Of a DNA stretch of 64,000 bases, positions 1 to 12,300 are shown piece by piece. The position numbers and the translations under genes are program-made. Below the pieces are notes generated by a model. The model was not told the DNA's origin. It saw only the letters and a list, made by a program, of their open reading frames with translations, and did no database searches. The stretch lies in contig NMRA01000021.1 of assembly GCA_002633005.1 (NCBI GenBank), positions 968,298-1,032,297 on the forward strand, written 5' to 3'. The stretch comes from Phoronis australis (taxonomy: Eukaryota > Animalia > Phoronida). Numbering within the stretch: position 1 is the stretch's first letter; every line of letters begins with the position of its first letter.

Positions 1-2
1 AC

Positions 3-376
3 ATCCCACGCAACTACTAGCTTCCTCTGTCCCTCGTCGAGAACGCTCACATTTTTCGGGTTCACTTCAGGTCTATTTTCAGGAGTCCTACAGTAGTTTA
101 CCGTATTTCTCTTTGCTACGGTGGGTCTGCTTGTCCCTATTGCGTTGCGCGCGCTGACCCGGAAGTAGTAATCATTTCCGGGATACAGAGCAATGTCACT
201 TCCACGAGCGTAAGAGTTCACTTCTCCTTCCAGTGTCCATTGTGTTTCTGAGGTATTGTATTCAACAATGTAGCCGAGAATGGGGGAGTTGTTGTCTATG
301 GCACCTTCCCACGTGATTCTTGCTTCACGCGGTTGGCAAGATCTAATGACAACGTTTTGAGGGGCATCGGGTGCAG
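3..376 (-). CDS. L1-like exon, FN3 repeat 1 and start of FN3 repeat 2
   Basis: Acceptor ttgatttcag; translates as APDAPQNV...ITWEGAIDNNSPILGYIVEY...YYFRVSARNAIGTS...CRTPENRPEVNPKNV...LVVAWD. The GT at positions 2-1 is a probable donor at the window edge. Confidence 0.92.
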
Positions 377-3300
377 CTGAAATCAAAACATTTTAATGCT
401 GATCACTGTTAAATACATGACAACATGTGAGTTCCTTCTCATGTGCTGTATTAGGCCAACCACATCATATCCCACTGACGTAGCAACAACACGAAATTTC
501 TATGTGTTAAAGCGCCCTAATTCCGTGATTTAAACAGTCATTGCATCTCTTCTAAAACAGATGGGTTAAACTGCAACGTTATACAACTCCTCTGCAAGTA
601 AAAAGGTGAATACCTCTTCGATTAAAAAAATCCCTAAAGATAGCGATATGCAGCCAACGAGAGTGAGAGTCAACTACGCCTTCTGATATTTAATACCTAG
701 AACTATGGATGACTTCGATGTCACAGCTTGATAGGCCTTAGCGGGATAGGCAGAGCTGGGGGTTGCGATGGACTGGAATTTCGGTCATCGGATGTACATG
801 TAGAACAATTGTCACTCTAAGAGACTAGGCAGGTCAAGGAGTAATCTGGGTGTGTGACGGACACATGTACAGTGACGTCGTAGCAAGTATAATATCTTTT
901 TGACAGTGTCAAAGCTATACCTTTCAGCTGTCAGAAAATTTTGCGAGGGACCTCTCCTTAAATATGCTCTTTCCCGTTCAATCAGCTAATTAACTCAAAA
1001 TCCATTTTGCAGCGGAGATAGATGTTAGTTTTCCAATGGCATGCTACAAGGAAGATAGTAATTACCATCCTCAATTTATCATCATTTCATTGGACTCAGT
1101 ACCTTGCAGAGCAGGGGCAGACGGGGCAGCCGACGGGGCAGCGGTCCCGGACATCCACATGGGGGGGGGTCTAACCAGTCTATGAATAAACCGTCTGAAA
1201 TTGTGCTTGATTTGTAGTTGAATAAAGTTTCTTTTTTATGTTTTTATGTTTCATCTTTTTTTGCTTTTGTGATTGGATATCTGGTAGAGTTTCTTGACTC
1301 GTTACCTTGTACGACCAATGCAGCCTCTGCAGTGGCTTCATCAACTCCATTACTAGCATTACACGTGTAAGTCGCCGTGTCGTTCAAAGTGGCTGGCGTT
1401 ATCTTCAGGGTAGCACCGCCATCTTCCGTGGAATATTTCCCATCACTCATGTCTAGCGCCTGGAAGTTGAATGTGTTTGTTTAGAGAGGTTTGCATGTCA
1501 AAGACAGCATTAATCTTGTTGAGTCACATTCTCTAGTTTTATGAATCTGTGTTGAGGTGGTGAGCGTGTAACACGGATGGTGGGACCTTCCATTTGTTTA
1601 CATCAGCCGTCACCGTTGGTTGTGTTACAATTTCAGGCAAAAAGAATGGAAGAGGATATTTTTTCGTTTATATTCTAACATTAAGGTTTCATACTAATGG
1701 CGGTTCGTATCGCATCAACTTTTAGCGAGTTTCCACTAAAAAGCAGAACGTTTCTTTTTTGGTCAGTGTTCGTACAGCAACTGGTGTGCCGACCACACAT
1801 CATTAAAAGGTGTGCCGACCAAAAACATTGAAGCCACGTGTCTCAGATAAGACTCATTTAGACTCTCCAGTCTGTGTGGCAAATGACCACATAGTGTATA
1901 GACCTATTTACTAGTATTTCCATATTATAAGTAGTCATAATGTCTTCAGCAAGCAATAAATGTGTTACCAAATCCCTGCGTTACTACCTACATAGCAGTA
2001 ACTACTAATGTACGTGGATGTAATATCTTGTTTTGGGAAAGAGGTAAGAGTCTTTACTCAGGTTGCCAACGTTTTGTCTTGAGGCTTGCAGTTTGTTCCG
2101 ATAACCAGGGATCACATAACTGCAATAACTGGCAGAAAGACGAACGTCACGTACATGTACATGTAGTTAGAGTCCAACCTCTTTGGAGGTGTTCGCAGCT
2201 GTTGTGTAGTAAAACGTGTCAGTTACCTGTTCATGCAACAAGCTGGTTGCGGGGGCATGCGAAAACGCTGGTACTTCGACTTTTACAGTGTGTTATTTAG
2301 AGCACGGTCGAGTTCTTTATACGTCAGAGTCTCGCTAGAAAAGCTAGATTTTGCGAGATGTCGTGTATTTGAGCTAGATTTTGCTAGCCGTGAGACAGTT
2401 CTTGAACGCTACCAAGATTTAACCTAATATTAAGACCCATGTAACTTCGATTTACGTGGCTCATGAAGGGAGGCATTAAGTTTGAAAATAACCCTGCGAA
2501 TTTGACTTCAGTTGCAAAGTTTTACTCGCCGCTTTCGCATAGACGTCTTAGCGAGAGTACAATCTTTGACAAAATTCATCCCAGCTCAGGGTTGGCGTAC
2601 CTCACCATCTCGTTGCCAAACAATCGTCAGCTCCGCCTGTAGAGCTGGATCGGTTTCAGCCCCACAATTGAATGTCGCCGTGTCACCCTCAGTCACTGTA
2701 CTGTCCGTGGGTGAGGTCACTATGCGAGTTCGTTCTGCAAAAGTAAGTCAAACATGACGCACTATTCTCGCTCTCATTCTAAGTATTCTAGAACTTCTAG
2801 GAGACTCCTGGTGGCGGAAATAGGAAAGTTGATTGCCGGCAATTTTACATGCTACCCTCGGCTTTCTGTCACGGTTGCATCGTGATGGCGAACAGACCGG
2901 CGATGTAACAATATCAGATAAATCAAGTCAATGATAGGGTTTGTTCTCATTCTAGTCACCGGCCCCCCAAACCCACTTTCCAGTTTTGGTCCTCCTACCT
3001 CACGACGCTGACTGGGCCACTGTTTTTTCAATGAGCCTTTGGTGGTATGAGAGTCGATGACGCAAAATTACAGCCAAGTGCCCAAACTATGTTAGTCACA
3101 TGTAAAATGGGGTGAGAAATAACACTGAGGCCTGACTACGTCCGGTAAATTTACGTAGTGGGTGACGACTGTTCTAATTAATTTACAAAGTTCAGAGAAA
3201 ACAAACGCCTGGTCTACATGTGCACGTGAGCAATTTTAATACCCACATAAGTGGCAGTGACGTAGCCCCGCCGTCGAAATTAAAACCTGGCCACTTCTAT

Positions 3301-6300
3301 GTGAAAAGAAAAAACACAAAATCCTGTCAACTTGCCTCTTACTACAAGCGTGAATCTGTGATCTACTGAACCCAGTTTGTTCCTAGCAGTACACTGAAGG
3401 TCTCCAGCATCGGTCAGTTCTACGTTCTGAAATAACAAAATGTCAGCTATATTCGCTGATTTTCATTTGCTTACATACTTTCAAGGATTCAAATAACTGA
3501 ACCTATGTATTTGTTTACGCTAACATGATGCAAGCTTGAAAAACAATCCGAAATCACAAAATTGTATGGGCGTTGTGTACACATCTGTGCTTAGCTTGCA
3601 ACAAAACTTGACAGACTGTTGTAAGCATTTGCTAGAAGGAAGCAAAAATGTCTAATTCAACGCACTCGTATTTCTAAGTCGCCCTCAGGCAAAACTTTGA
3701 AGCGACCAGACGTGCCAACTTGAACTCCTTTGGATCGCCATTGCGTTTCCGGTTTGGGTATACCAAAACTGCGACATTTCACGACGCGAGTGCTTCCCTC
3801 TGAAGTCTGAACGGGACTGTTGTCCGTTTCAGTGAACTGAGGCGGCACGGCTGAAATAAGCAATCAAAATAAAAGATGAAAACAAAGCAGCCAATTAACC
3901 GCGCTTTTCCTAGAAAATTTGCTTGACTGTAGGTTTTACATGTGCAAATGGTGACACTGCCTAGATGCATGGAGTAGTTGAATACATGTACATGTACCTG
4001 TAACATGGACGGCGCAGCACTGAAAAAGTGGGAGGCTAAAGCCCCCCAGCACACCTGTGGTGCACTGCCCTCAGACCATGGGCGGTGCAGCACTGAAAAT
4101 AGTGGAGGCTATAGCCCCTCAGCCCTCTATGGTGCGCCGCCCATGTGTAAATGAACACAACAGGAAAAACATTAGTCATGGGCATTCAGATGAGTATGGA
4201 TTGCTGTGTAGACTTTGGAGTGGCGCTGCACCACATTAACAACCGTAAATACAAATTTCGAACACTTGAAAAGGATCGACCAAAATATGATGTTTACGTT
4301 GGGTCAGGTACTCAAATAGACGTGTTTTTTATGTCAAGGCTCTGAGCCGAGTTCTGTAGGCTCAAGAGCCTCGTGAAGGAAGCTAGTGCCTTGCTTGTCA
4401 TTTAAATGACAATATTTCGCGAAGTATGGCTTGATCCTTCGTTTCCACGAGCATCTCGCTTCTGAAGCACGCACGCCCGGCCTTAATTAAGACGCTCACG
4501 TGTTAATTAGCTAGCAGTTCATTATCGTGATTGTAAACGTTTTGCTGACAAAAAACTGTAAGACTTTTTGAGATTTCATCTTGAACCTTAGCATCGATAA
4601 AATTTTGCCATTGTTAACGATATCATTATTTTGCTATGAATGTACCTTTCTTTTACTAAAGACATGGTCACGCAATCCAATTAATAAGAGATGGCATTGA
4701 GTAAACCATAAGGATTGAAAAGCTCTGTACTTCCAGTAAATGTGTATTTTTACTGAATTCCAATAATTGTGTAGATATTTGGATAGGTATAGACTAATAC
4801 GCAGACCAGTAGATAAGGTCCGCCATAACCTTAAGTATTGTGGAAAGTCATAGACATTTATTTTCAAAAACATACATGCATCATCTTTAATCACTCCATT
4901 CGTACATGCGATAACAAGCCCCCAAATATTACATTTTAACAATTACTTACATGCGATATTCATGTTGGCGTTTTCAAACACGTACATGTGTACATGTAAC
5001 TACGAAGTAACTCAGTATATTTAGGTAGACGCTGTAAACGCCAAAATATCACACTGAACTGTGAACTTACATCTGATATTCAGGTAGGCGTTTGTGAACA
5101 CATATCCATGCATGTTGGATGCATTACATTGCAACACCTGCGCGTCTTCCTCCAATAGACCCGTGAACCGAACGTCGCCTGCAACAGAAGCAATTGTACC
5201 CTAAACATACAAGGTAAACCACATGAGGTTATGCAATTTGATTTCATTTCTTCTTTTTTAAGAACGAAATGGGTGTCCACATATAATAAATTGGTGTGTT
5301 ACAACGCACGTTATAAGTAGTGGATGATATTTTAAAGCTATTTTGTTAAATCATGATAATCTTGAAATTCTTAAGGGTCACAATTCACACTTTTGTCAAC
5401 TCAAACGGAAGACTTCGTTTCTTAAAATCCATCGCACAAGGAGCCCCAATAAAGGCAACGAAGTGATCAAGAGTACCCACAGGCCTATTGGTGTGTATTC
5501 TTCGCGGAGTGTGCGATCTTGATTCTTATAATTCTTAGAACATCTTCTCGAAATAGAGTTCCAAATTCGCCTCTAGTTCTGTTTAAGAAATGACCAATGG
5601 TCCGGCACCAACTCAATTTTCAGAGCTAAACAAGACGAACTTGAAAAATGGAAAAAGCAATGTGTGGTCGTGGACCTAACTGATTTGGTAGGCATGCGCA
5701 ATACCGAACATTGACAATTTACGGGTGGGTGTAAGTAAATATAGAGAGAGACGCTATCGGACTGTGCCTTGAGAGATTGTCTGGCAGACAACGTTGAAAA
5801 TCGGCGATTTGCAGTAAAATCTCAAAAAACAACGAATAATGTTGTTCATACATCTGGTCAAAACTAATAACTTCTAGCGATCTGTTCCATCCAACAACGA
5901 TCCCTAAACGTGCATATTTCGGACGTAAAACAGGTAATGTCCCTTTAAATGGGAGTCAACAATATCACATAAGTATATTAATTGTAGAATCATATGCTTA
6001 ACATCTTCCATCATTTTAAACATAGTGAAACCACTTTTAGATGAAACCAATGTCGTAAAGCGAACAAGTTACACAGTGTTACAATAGACATACCTCCATC
6101 TAATTGCCGACGCGGGTTAGGTGGCGCTGAAAATAAAAGAAATGGAAATTCCTTTAAATCGCCTTCAAAACCAGTGGTGCTTTACGATTTAGGTTTCTTG
6201 CGAGCAAAGCGAGACCACGCACCCTGGGGAACACATAAAATCAAGGCGAGAGACGTTACTGGCGTAGACTAACAAAACAGCCGCCAATGAAGAAATTGGT

Positions 6301-9300
6301 CAGGGAAACCGAAATATCAAATTGTGTGGGGAAAGTCACTCTCAGAAGTAAATATCTTTCGCGAATGTCTAATGTTTCGGAGCGTCCTTTCAATGTTTCC
6401 ACAAGTCACATGTGTTTTACTGCACTAAACAACCGTTTCCCACTAGTACATCTACAAGCCCAAACTTAAAGAAAGCGAAACAGTGTCAATAATGGCAAAG
6501 TGTCAAAAAGGAACACTTTCGAGTGGCAAATGACACTTGAAGGAAATGTCACAGAACAGTTATTACCCCCCTGACTTGCTATTGGGAGTGTCCTGTCATG
6601 GGCGGCACACCATAGTGGGCTGGGGGGGGGCTATATGCGGTGCATCACAGGAGGGCTGAGGGGGGTTTAGCCCCCCACTTTTTTGAGTGCTGCGCCGCCC
6701 ATGCCTGTTTGACGTGCTATCGCAAATGACCAATTACTCTCGCCTTTGTCTGTATGTAGTCTGGAGGGAGTTTACTCTTTTCGCGTCTTTCAATCTCTCT
6801 CCATAATGACAAGAAAGGTATAGATTAGAATAAGCCTACGCTTGCAAACTCCTTGATTTTAAGCGCTGAATCGGACGTACAGTTTATAAACAACACAAAT
6901 TAACTTGAGAGTATTGACGTAATTGACTAACCATCTCCTATGAGTTCGCCGTTCACAAACCACTGAATATCTGGTTGAGGAACACCCGAGGCCTGGCATT
7001 TGAATGTGGCGTCGGAATCTTCGCTCGTCACTTGGTCTCTAGGTCTTTCAGTCCACTCTGGCTTGGCTGTGAAATACAAGACAACAATGAACTGACTGTG
7101 TAAAATTGTACTTTTAGTGGTGTTTGCCAGAACCACTGAAACGCCTGTTTAAACGTGACTAAAAATGAACAATAATATTTTTGTTCTAAATTGCAATTTT
7201 GTACACGACATTCCGCCTCTGCTACGTTGCTAAGCCAAACAGGGAAGTCAAATTTAGTTGGATCGCCAATGAATGAACAGGCTAGGGGCGGGGTTCGGTC
7301 CCTCATGCACTTCTTCAGCACATCAGCTTATGCGCCCGTTTCCTTTCTTCTCTTTCCTCAGATGCCTGCATTTGATTGAGTACGCACGCTCGGTGAAATT
7401 CGTCATCCAGTACCAATCAGAAGTTTTCCTTAGCTGGTTCATTCGGAGGAACTAATAAAGGGTACACATTGCAAGTGCTCAATTGGTTAAACGGGCCTAA
7501 TCTAGGGGATGCTTGAACGTACCTTCTACCGAGAGGTGAAAAGAGCTCTCAACTGACGTTCCACGCGCGTTCCGTGCCACACATCTGTACTCTCCTTGGT
7601 CGGAATACATCAAGTTGTTGATAATCAATTCGGATAGTGCGGATGTGTCATGGCGAAGAGGATCCAAACGTCCGCCGACTTTTACCCATGTAACGTTGGG
7701 CGAAGGACTGACATAATGAAAAATGATTCATGTCACATTTGTTTCCAACATTGATGAATAGACAGTTTCGTATTCTAATTTCGAAGAAAACTGCTCATTC
7801 GAAACGAGTTCGATCCTGTCCCTACTAACTATTTTCCCGTCCAGCCTCCATTTTCATGTATGGATTTCATCATTGGAGCACCGAATAGGCCGATAGCTGA
7901 GCGACCAAATTTCTATCCCCGCTGGCGTCACGCCCCTAACCACCGTTTATGCGAAATGGCGGCCCCCACAGATGTGAAAAGGCGCATTGTCGACGGAGCG
8001 TACTTTTTTAAGTGGAAGGGGCGGCTGAAATGTCATGGCTTAAGGTTTGATGACACGTAAGCATTCAAGACAACAAAGAATAAACCGGTTATGTAGGTGA
8101 ACCACGCACTCGGACTGCATCGCGTTACAAAACAATATGGACCACTCAGGTCACTAGCCCACCACTGTGACCTCGTGACTACATGTATGTGAGAAAATTC
8201 GGAACGATGCATGCAGGTGACTTACTATCCGCTGAATATGCATTTCATTCGAGTACTACCGCCCTTCAATCCTTGAGTGTTAGCGACGGACGACCATAAC
8301 AGAGTAACTTGGGAAGCAGTTTCTCCAACATCTGTCCAGTGAAAAGAGGATTATTAGATTAGGTGCAGTTAAAATTCTTGAAAAAGTTTGTCACTGACAA
8401 CAGCCTACAGATGTATACCTTAAAACAATACACTAACGTACGTGATAGTAAAATACTCATTTTTTTTACAAAAAACGAGTAAATCAAAACGTAGGAAACG
8501 TTTAAACAAAGATTTATAAGCTTTATGTAAGTAGCCTGTTACTGGAAATAAATAAATAAATTGCCAGGTGAAAGTACTCACGAAATATTCTCAGTCCTGT
8601 TTCCTCAGTACCCACTATACTGGCGAAGGACCTCCTTGTCCTAGATGTACTTATGTTTGTCAAATTAGATAGTTTTTTAGAGACTGGGAGAAGTCTTGTA
8701 CAAAACCCTCATACATGACAAACGCAAGACCGTTTACTGAAATTTCCTCATGATGAAAGTCTGACTATCGGGAAAGTTGTTTTCGTTAAACAAAGTTGAC
8801 TGTGATAGGATGGGTATATACGTGTACATTGAATGCGCGGTGAGTGGACGGGGAATTAAATAAACAAGGAATTTCTTTGGAAAGTCGAGGTTCTTTTCAA
8901 TGACTTTTACGAAAACGAGTCCCGTAGACATCCATCAAGATAGTGAGAAATTGAACAGTCACAAAGAGGAAACAGGCGACAAACAGACAGAAGGCCAAGT
9001 GTTATTGTCAAGCGTACATGTGACATGTGAACAAGAAAGCAGGACATCTTCAGCAGGAAAAAAAGCGAAATAATTATAGTTTGCAAAATCACGTAAAAAG
9101 TTAAAGAATTACAAAGTACGCACCTCCGCGACCAGGATCTAAAACAACAAAATATAAAACAGATTGAACTAAAAGAAAAAAAAACATAATATCGAAATAA
9201 TATATCAAACCAAAACCGTGCAAAATTAGTGGTGCATCGAAATGTTTAACCGAAATGTTAGCAAACTAATGATCATAACAGTTTAGCCTGATTGTATCCA

Positions 9301-12300
9301 CTGGATCGATGTCAAACTTGCCATAACGTGACTGAACAAGAGTGTGTAAAGGTATAACGTAGCCGGTCGAGAAAGGGAAGGGTTACAACACGTAGAATAA
9401 ACCATAAATCAAAAGCACATGTACAGCACAAACTATGCGTGAAGTGTTCAAAATCACACTGGCATATTGGCTAAACTTTTTAAGACGGCGTCAGATTCTG
9501 ATTGGTTGAAAGTAATTTTAACTCACCAGGGCGATTCACCGTTAATTTGTACTGAGCACCAAGAGAAATAGTGTTGAGAAATCGGTTGTGAAGTTTGCAT
9601 TCGTAGATAAAGTTCTCTTCCAGCTGGTCTTCTTCTAACACGTAAGTAATCCATAGTCTCCCTGAGAAGAAGATAATATTATTTCGCCAGACTTAGAATT
9701 AGTTTATAATGCAAAACAAAAACCATGTACACCTCCGAAGAAGTGTTTCCCGTAATACATTTCACATCAGTTTTCAATCACGTGCTATGCGCGCGACATA
9801 GAGGTCCCTGATATTTAATTGTATTTTAGACTTGGTGGTTGAGACAGCGCGGTCTCGATTGGGTTTCCCGTAAGGTTTGAGATTTTAGGTGTTTTTTTGT
9901 TCAAGAGATAATTCGTAGAACAAACCACGGATTCTCATCAAACTTTCAAAATATGAAGGCGAGTATACATCGCGAAACCCTCATTCATTTCTGGCAAAAG
10001 AGGCTTGATTCCAATATTTCTTAAGATCGTTGAGGAACGATCAGAAGACGTCACATGAATGCTGTGCTCTAGATGGTGCCATGTGAACGACGTGTTACAC
10101 AGTAGATGGTGTCATGTGAATGTTGAATTACAGACGGTTCACATGCCGACCCAACAGATGGCTGATCGAACATCTTACACGTCGTCTGAAAAGAGGTCAC
10201 TTGTGAACACACATCAGAAGCCTGTTCAGTCTCAACATCGCCCCACCCGAAATGGGACGGTATAGACCTGTCTTCATAACATGTGAAAACTACATTCCAG
10301 TGATGGAATTTGTGGTTAAGCACTGTTCGCCCGGGGTGTCTGCACGCGATTGACCAAAATGGTTTAGCATTCTGCATAGTAAAGAGGCATGGAACGCGAA
10401 AGCTCGGCACAAATATTTTTAATCAATTTCTCACGAAAGCACCGCATCGCAACGTCTAGTACAGAGTAACTCACTTTCCCCCGTGAAGAAATTTCCAGAA
10501 AAAAATCACAAAATTTAAGATTTTCGAAATACGCGTAAATGAAAAACTCTGTGGTTACCACAGAGTTTCTAATCTCCCCCCAGATATGATAAATGCGTGC
10601 ATGCGCTCAGTCAGTTGCTTGAAGTCGCTTGAGGTCAAAAGTCACATTTTCCATATAAGGGAAATGTGTTACGTCTGTGTCTTGCCATACTATATATGAG
10701 ACGTGCTTTGCTTTGTGGGGAAAAATCGACGAAGTGGTGAGCAGTTGACAGAAATTTAAAATACTTAAAATACCTGCTGAGGAGGATGAATTTTGTTTCA
10801 GTACCAATGAACCACTTTCAATATTTCAATTTAGTCTGTTTATCGCGTTCCATGCCTCTTTAACTGTTGCGGTGATATATATTTTGGTCTCGTAAGTTCG
10901 GCGCGATTGTGAACACTCGATTTAAGCTTCTGGTCTGCCTGTCTTCTTCTAAAAATTTCATATCTGAACCGTGTTTGTTCAGTGTAAACATACGAGCATG
11001 AACATGTCATATCAAAAGTCTTCATATCAAAAGTCTTTACAGTTTGGTAAATGCAATAAACATGTTATTTGCTTTTCAGAAGATGTTTTTGCCACAAGTG
11101 TGTCTGAGGAGAATATGATAAGAGGTGCAGATTTGCACGAATTTGCGGCAAAATCACCAAAACCTTAATTTTCACATATATTTCAACCGGCTGCGAGTGA
11201 CAAAATTTACCTTCGGGTTTTTGTTACTTGGGAATCAAGAGACTCAGATATTTTCAGTTCTACCTGAAGATAAATCGATTGAAACACAAATTTCTATAAA
11301 GAGATGTGTTTATAATTTGCCAAAATGTTACCTGCTCAACTCAGGCGCTTCATTGATTTAAATCAGAAACAAGGACCTGTGAAAATGAGAACAAGTGAAT
11401 GCATTTTGACACGGCGTTTCTACATAAAAACTTAAAGCACACGGACACAAAGCGTGCACTTCGCTACATTTTAAATTTTTTTCCACTAAGGGGTTTATGC
11501 ACACAGATGCCCGGCGAGTATTCGAGGAAGAGCACAAGGGTGGAGCTATTCCATGAGGTAGGGCGTTAACGTCAATTCAGTTACACTACCGTGGTTGCAC
11601 CTGTAGCCTGCGGAGTAGAATCTGTATTTTTTGAAAATCTGCAGTAAGCACATTGCAATTCCCAGATCTTACTGACACTCCGACTCTGTAATCCACAAGG
11701 CACAGTATTTCGCACGAACAAATCGTTCTTCCTAAATAATGAATTCTTAATAACGATCTTCAAAAAAATTTCCTGGGATAAAAATAAAGATAATCTTGTC
11801 ATTACAACAGTATCGGGCTGTATGACACTAGGCGTTTCAGTTACGTCACTGTAGAAAATCCCGGAATGTACGTGCAGTTATAAAGGGCTAGATGTATATT
11901 TTCGCGTCATTTCATAAGCCCTGGATGAATGGTATCTCTCATCACCTACCTAAATAATCAACATTTTTCCTAAGGGTTGGTACGATATCAGCATGGGTCG
12001 TCGACTTCTTCCCAGACCGAGCCGTCACCCAGCCAACCTCCGCATCTGGATAGCCGAGTGGTCTGCCCGTACAGTCAAAGACTCTAGTTTGACCGACGTT
12101 CACGGTGACATGTGACGGAGGGCTTTCCGGAAATGTATTCTGATCTACAGGTACATAATACGAGAGGTATAGTCGAAAGAAAAATCAAGACACTTCATTA
12201 GTTTTCACTAGTTTAAAGAATCAATTATTGAGTGTTGTCAATACAAAGGAATAAATCGATATTTTCAGACCTGAACATATTTGTGTTCTTCATCATCAAT

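Noticed and set aside
2512-2757. 81-aa plus-strand ORF
   Set aside because: Antisense shadow of the Ig6 exon.
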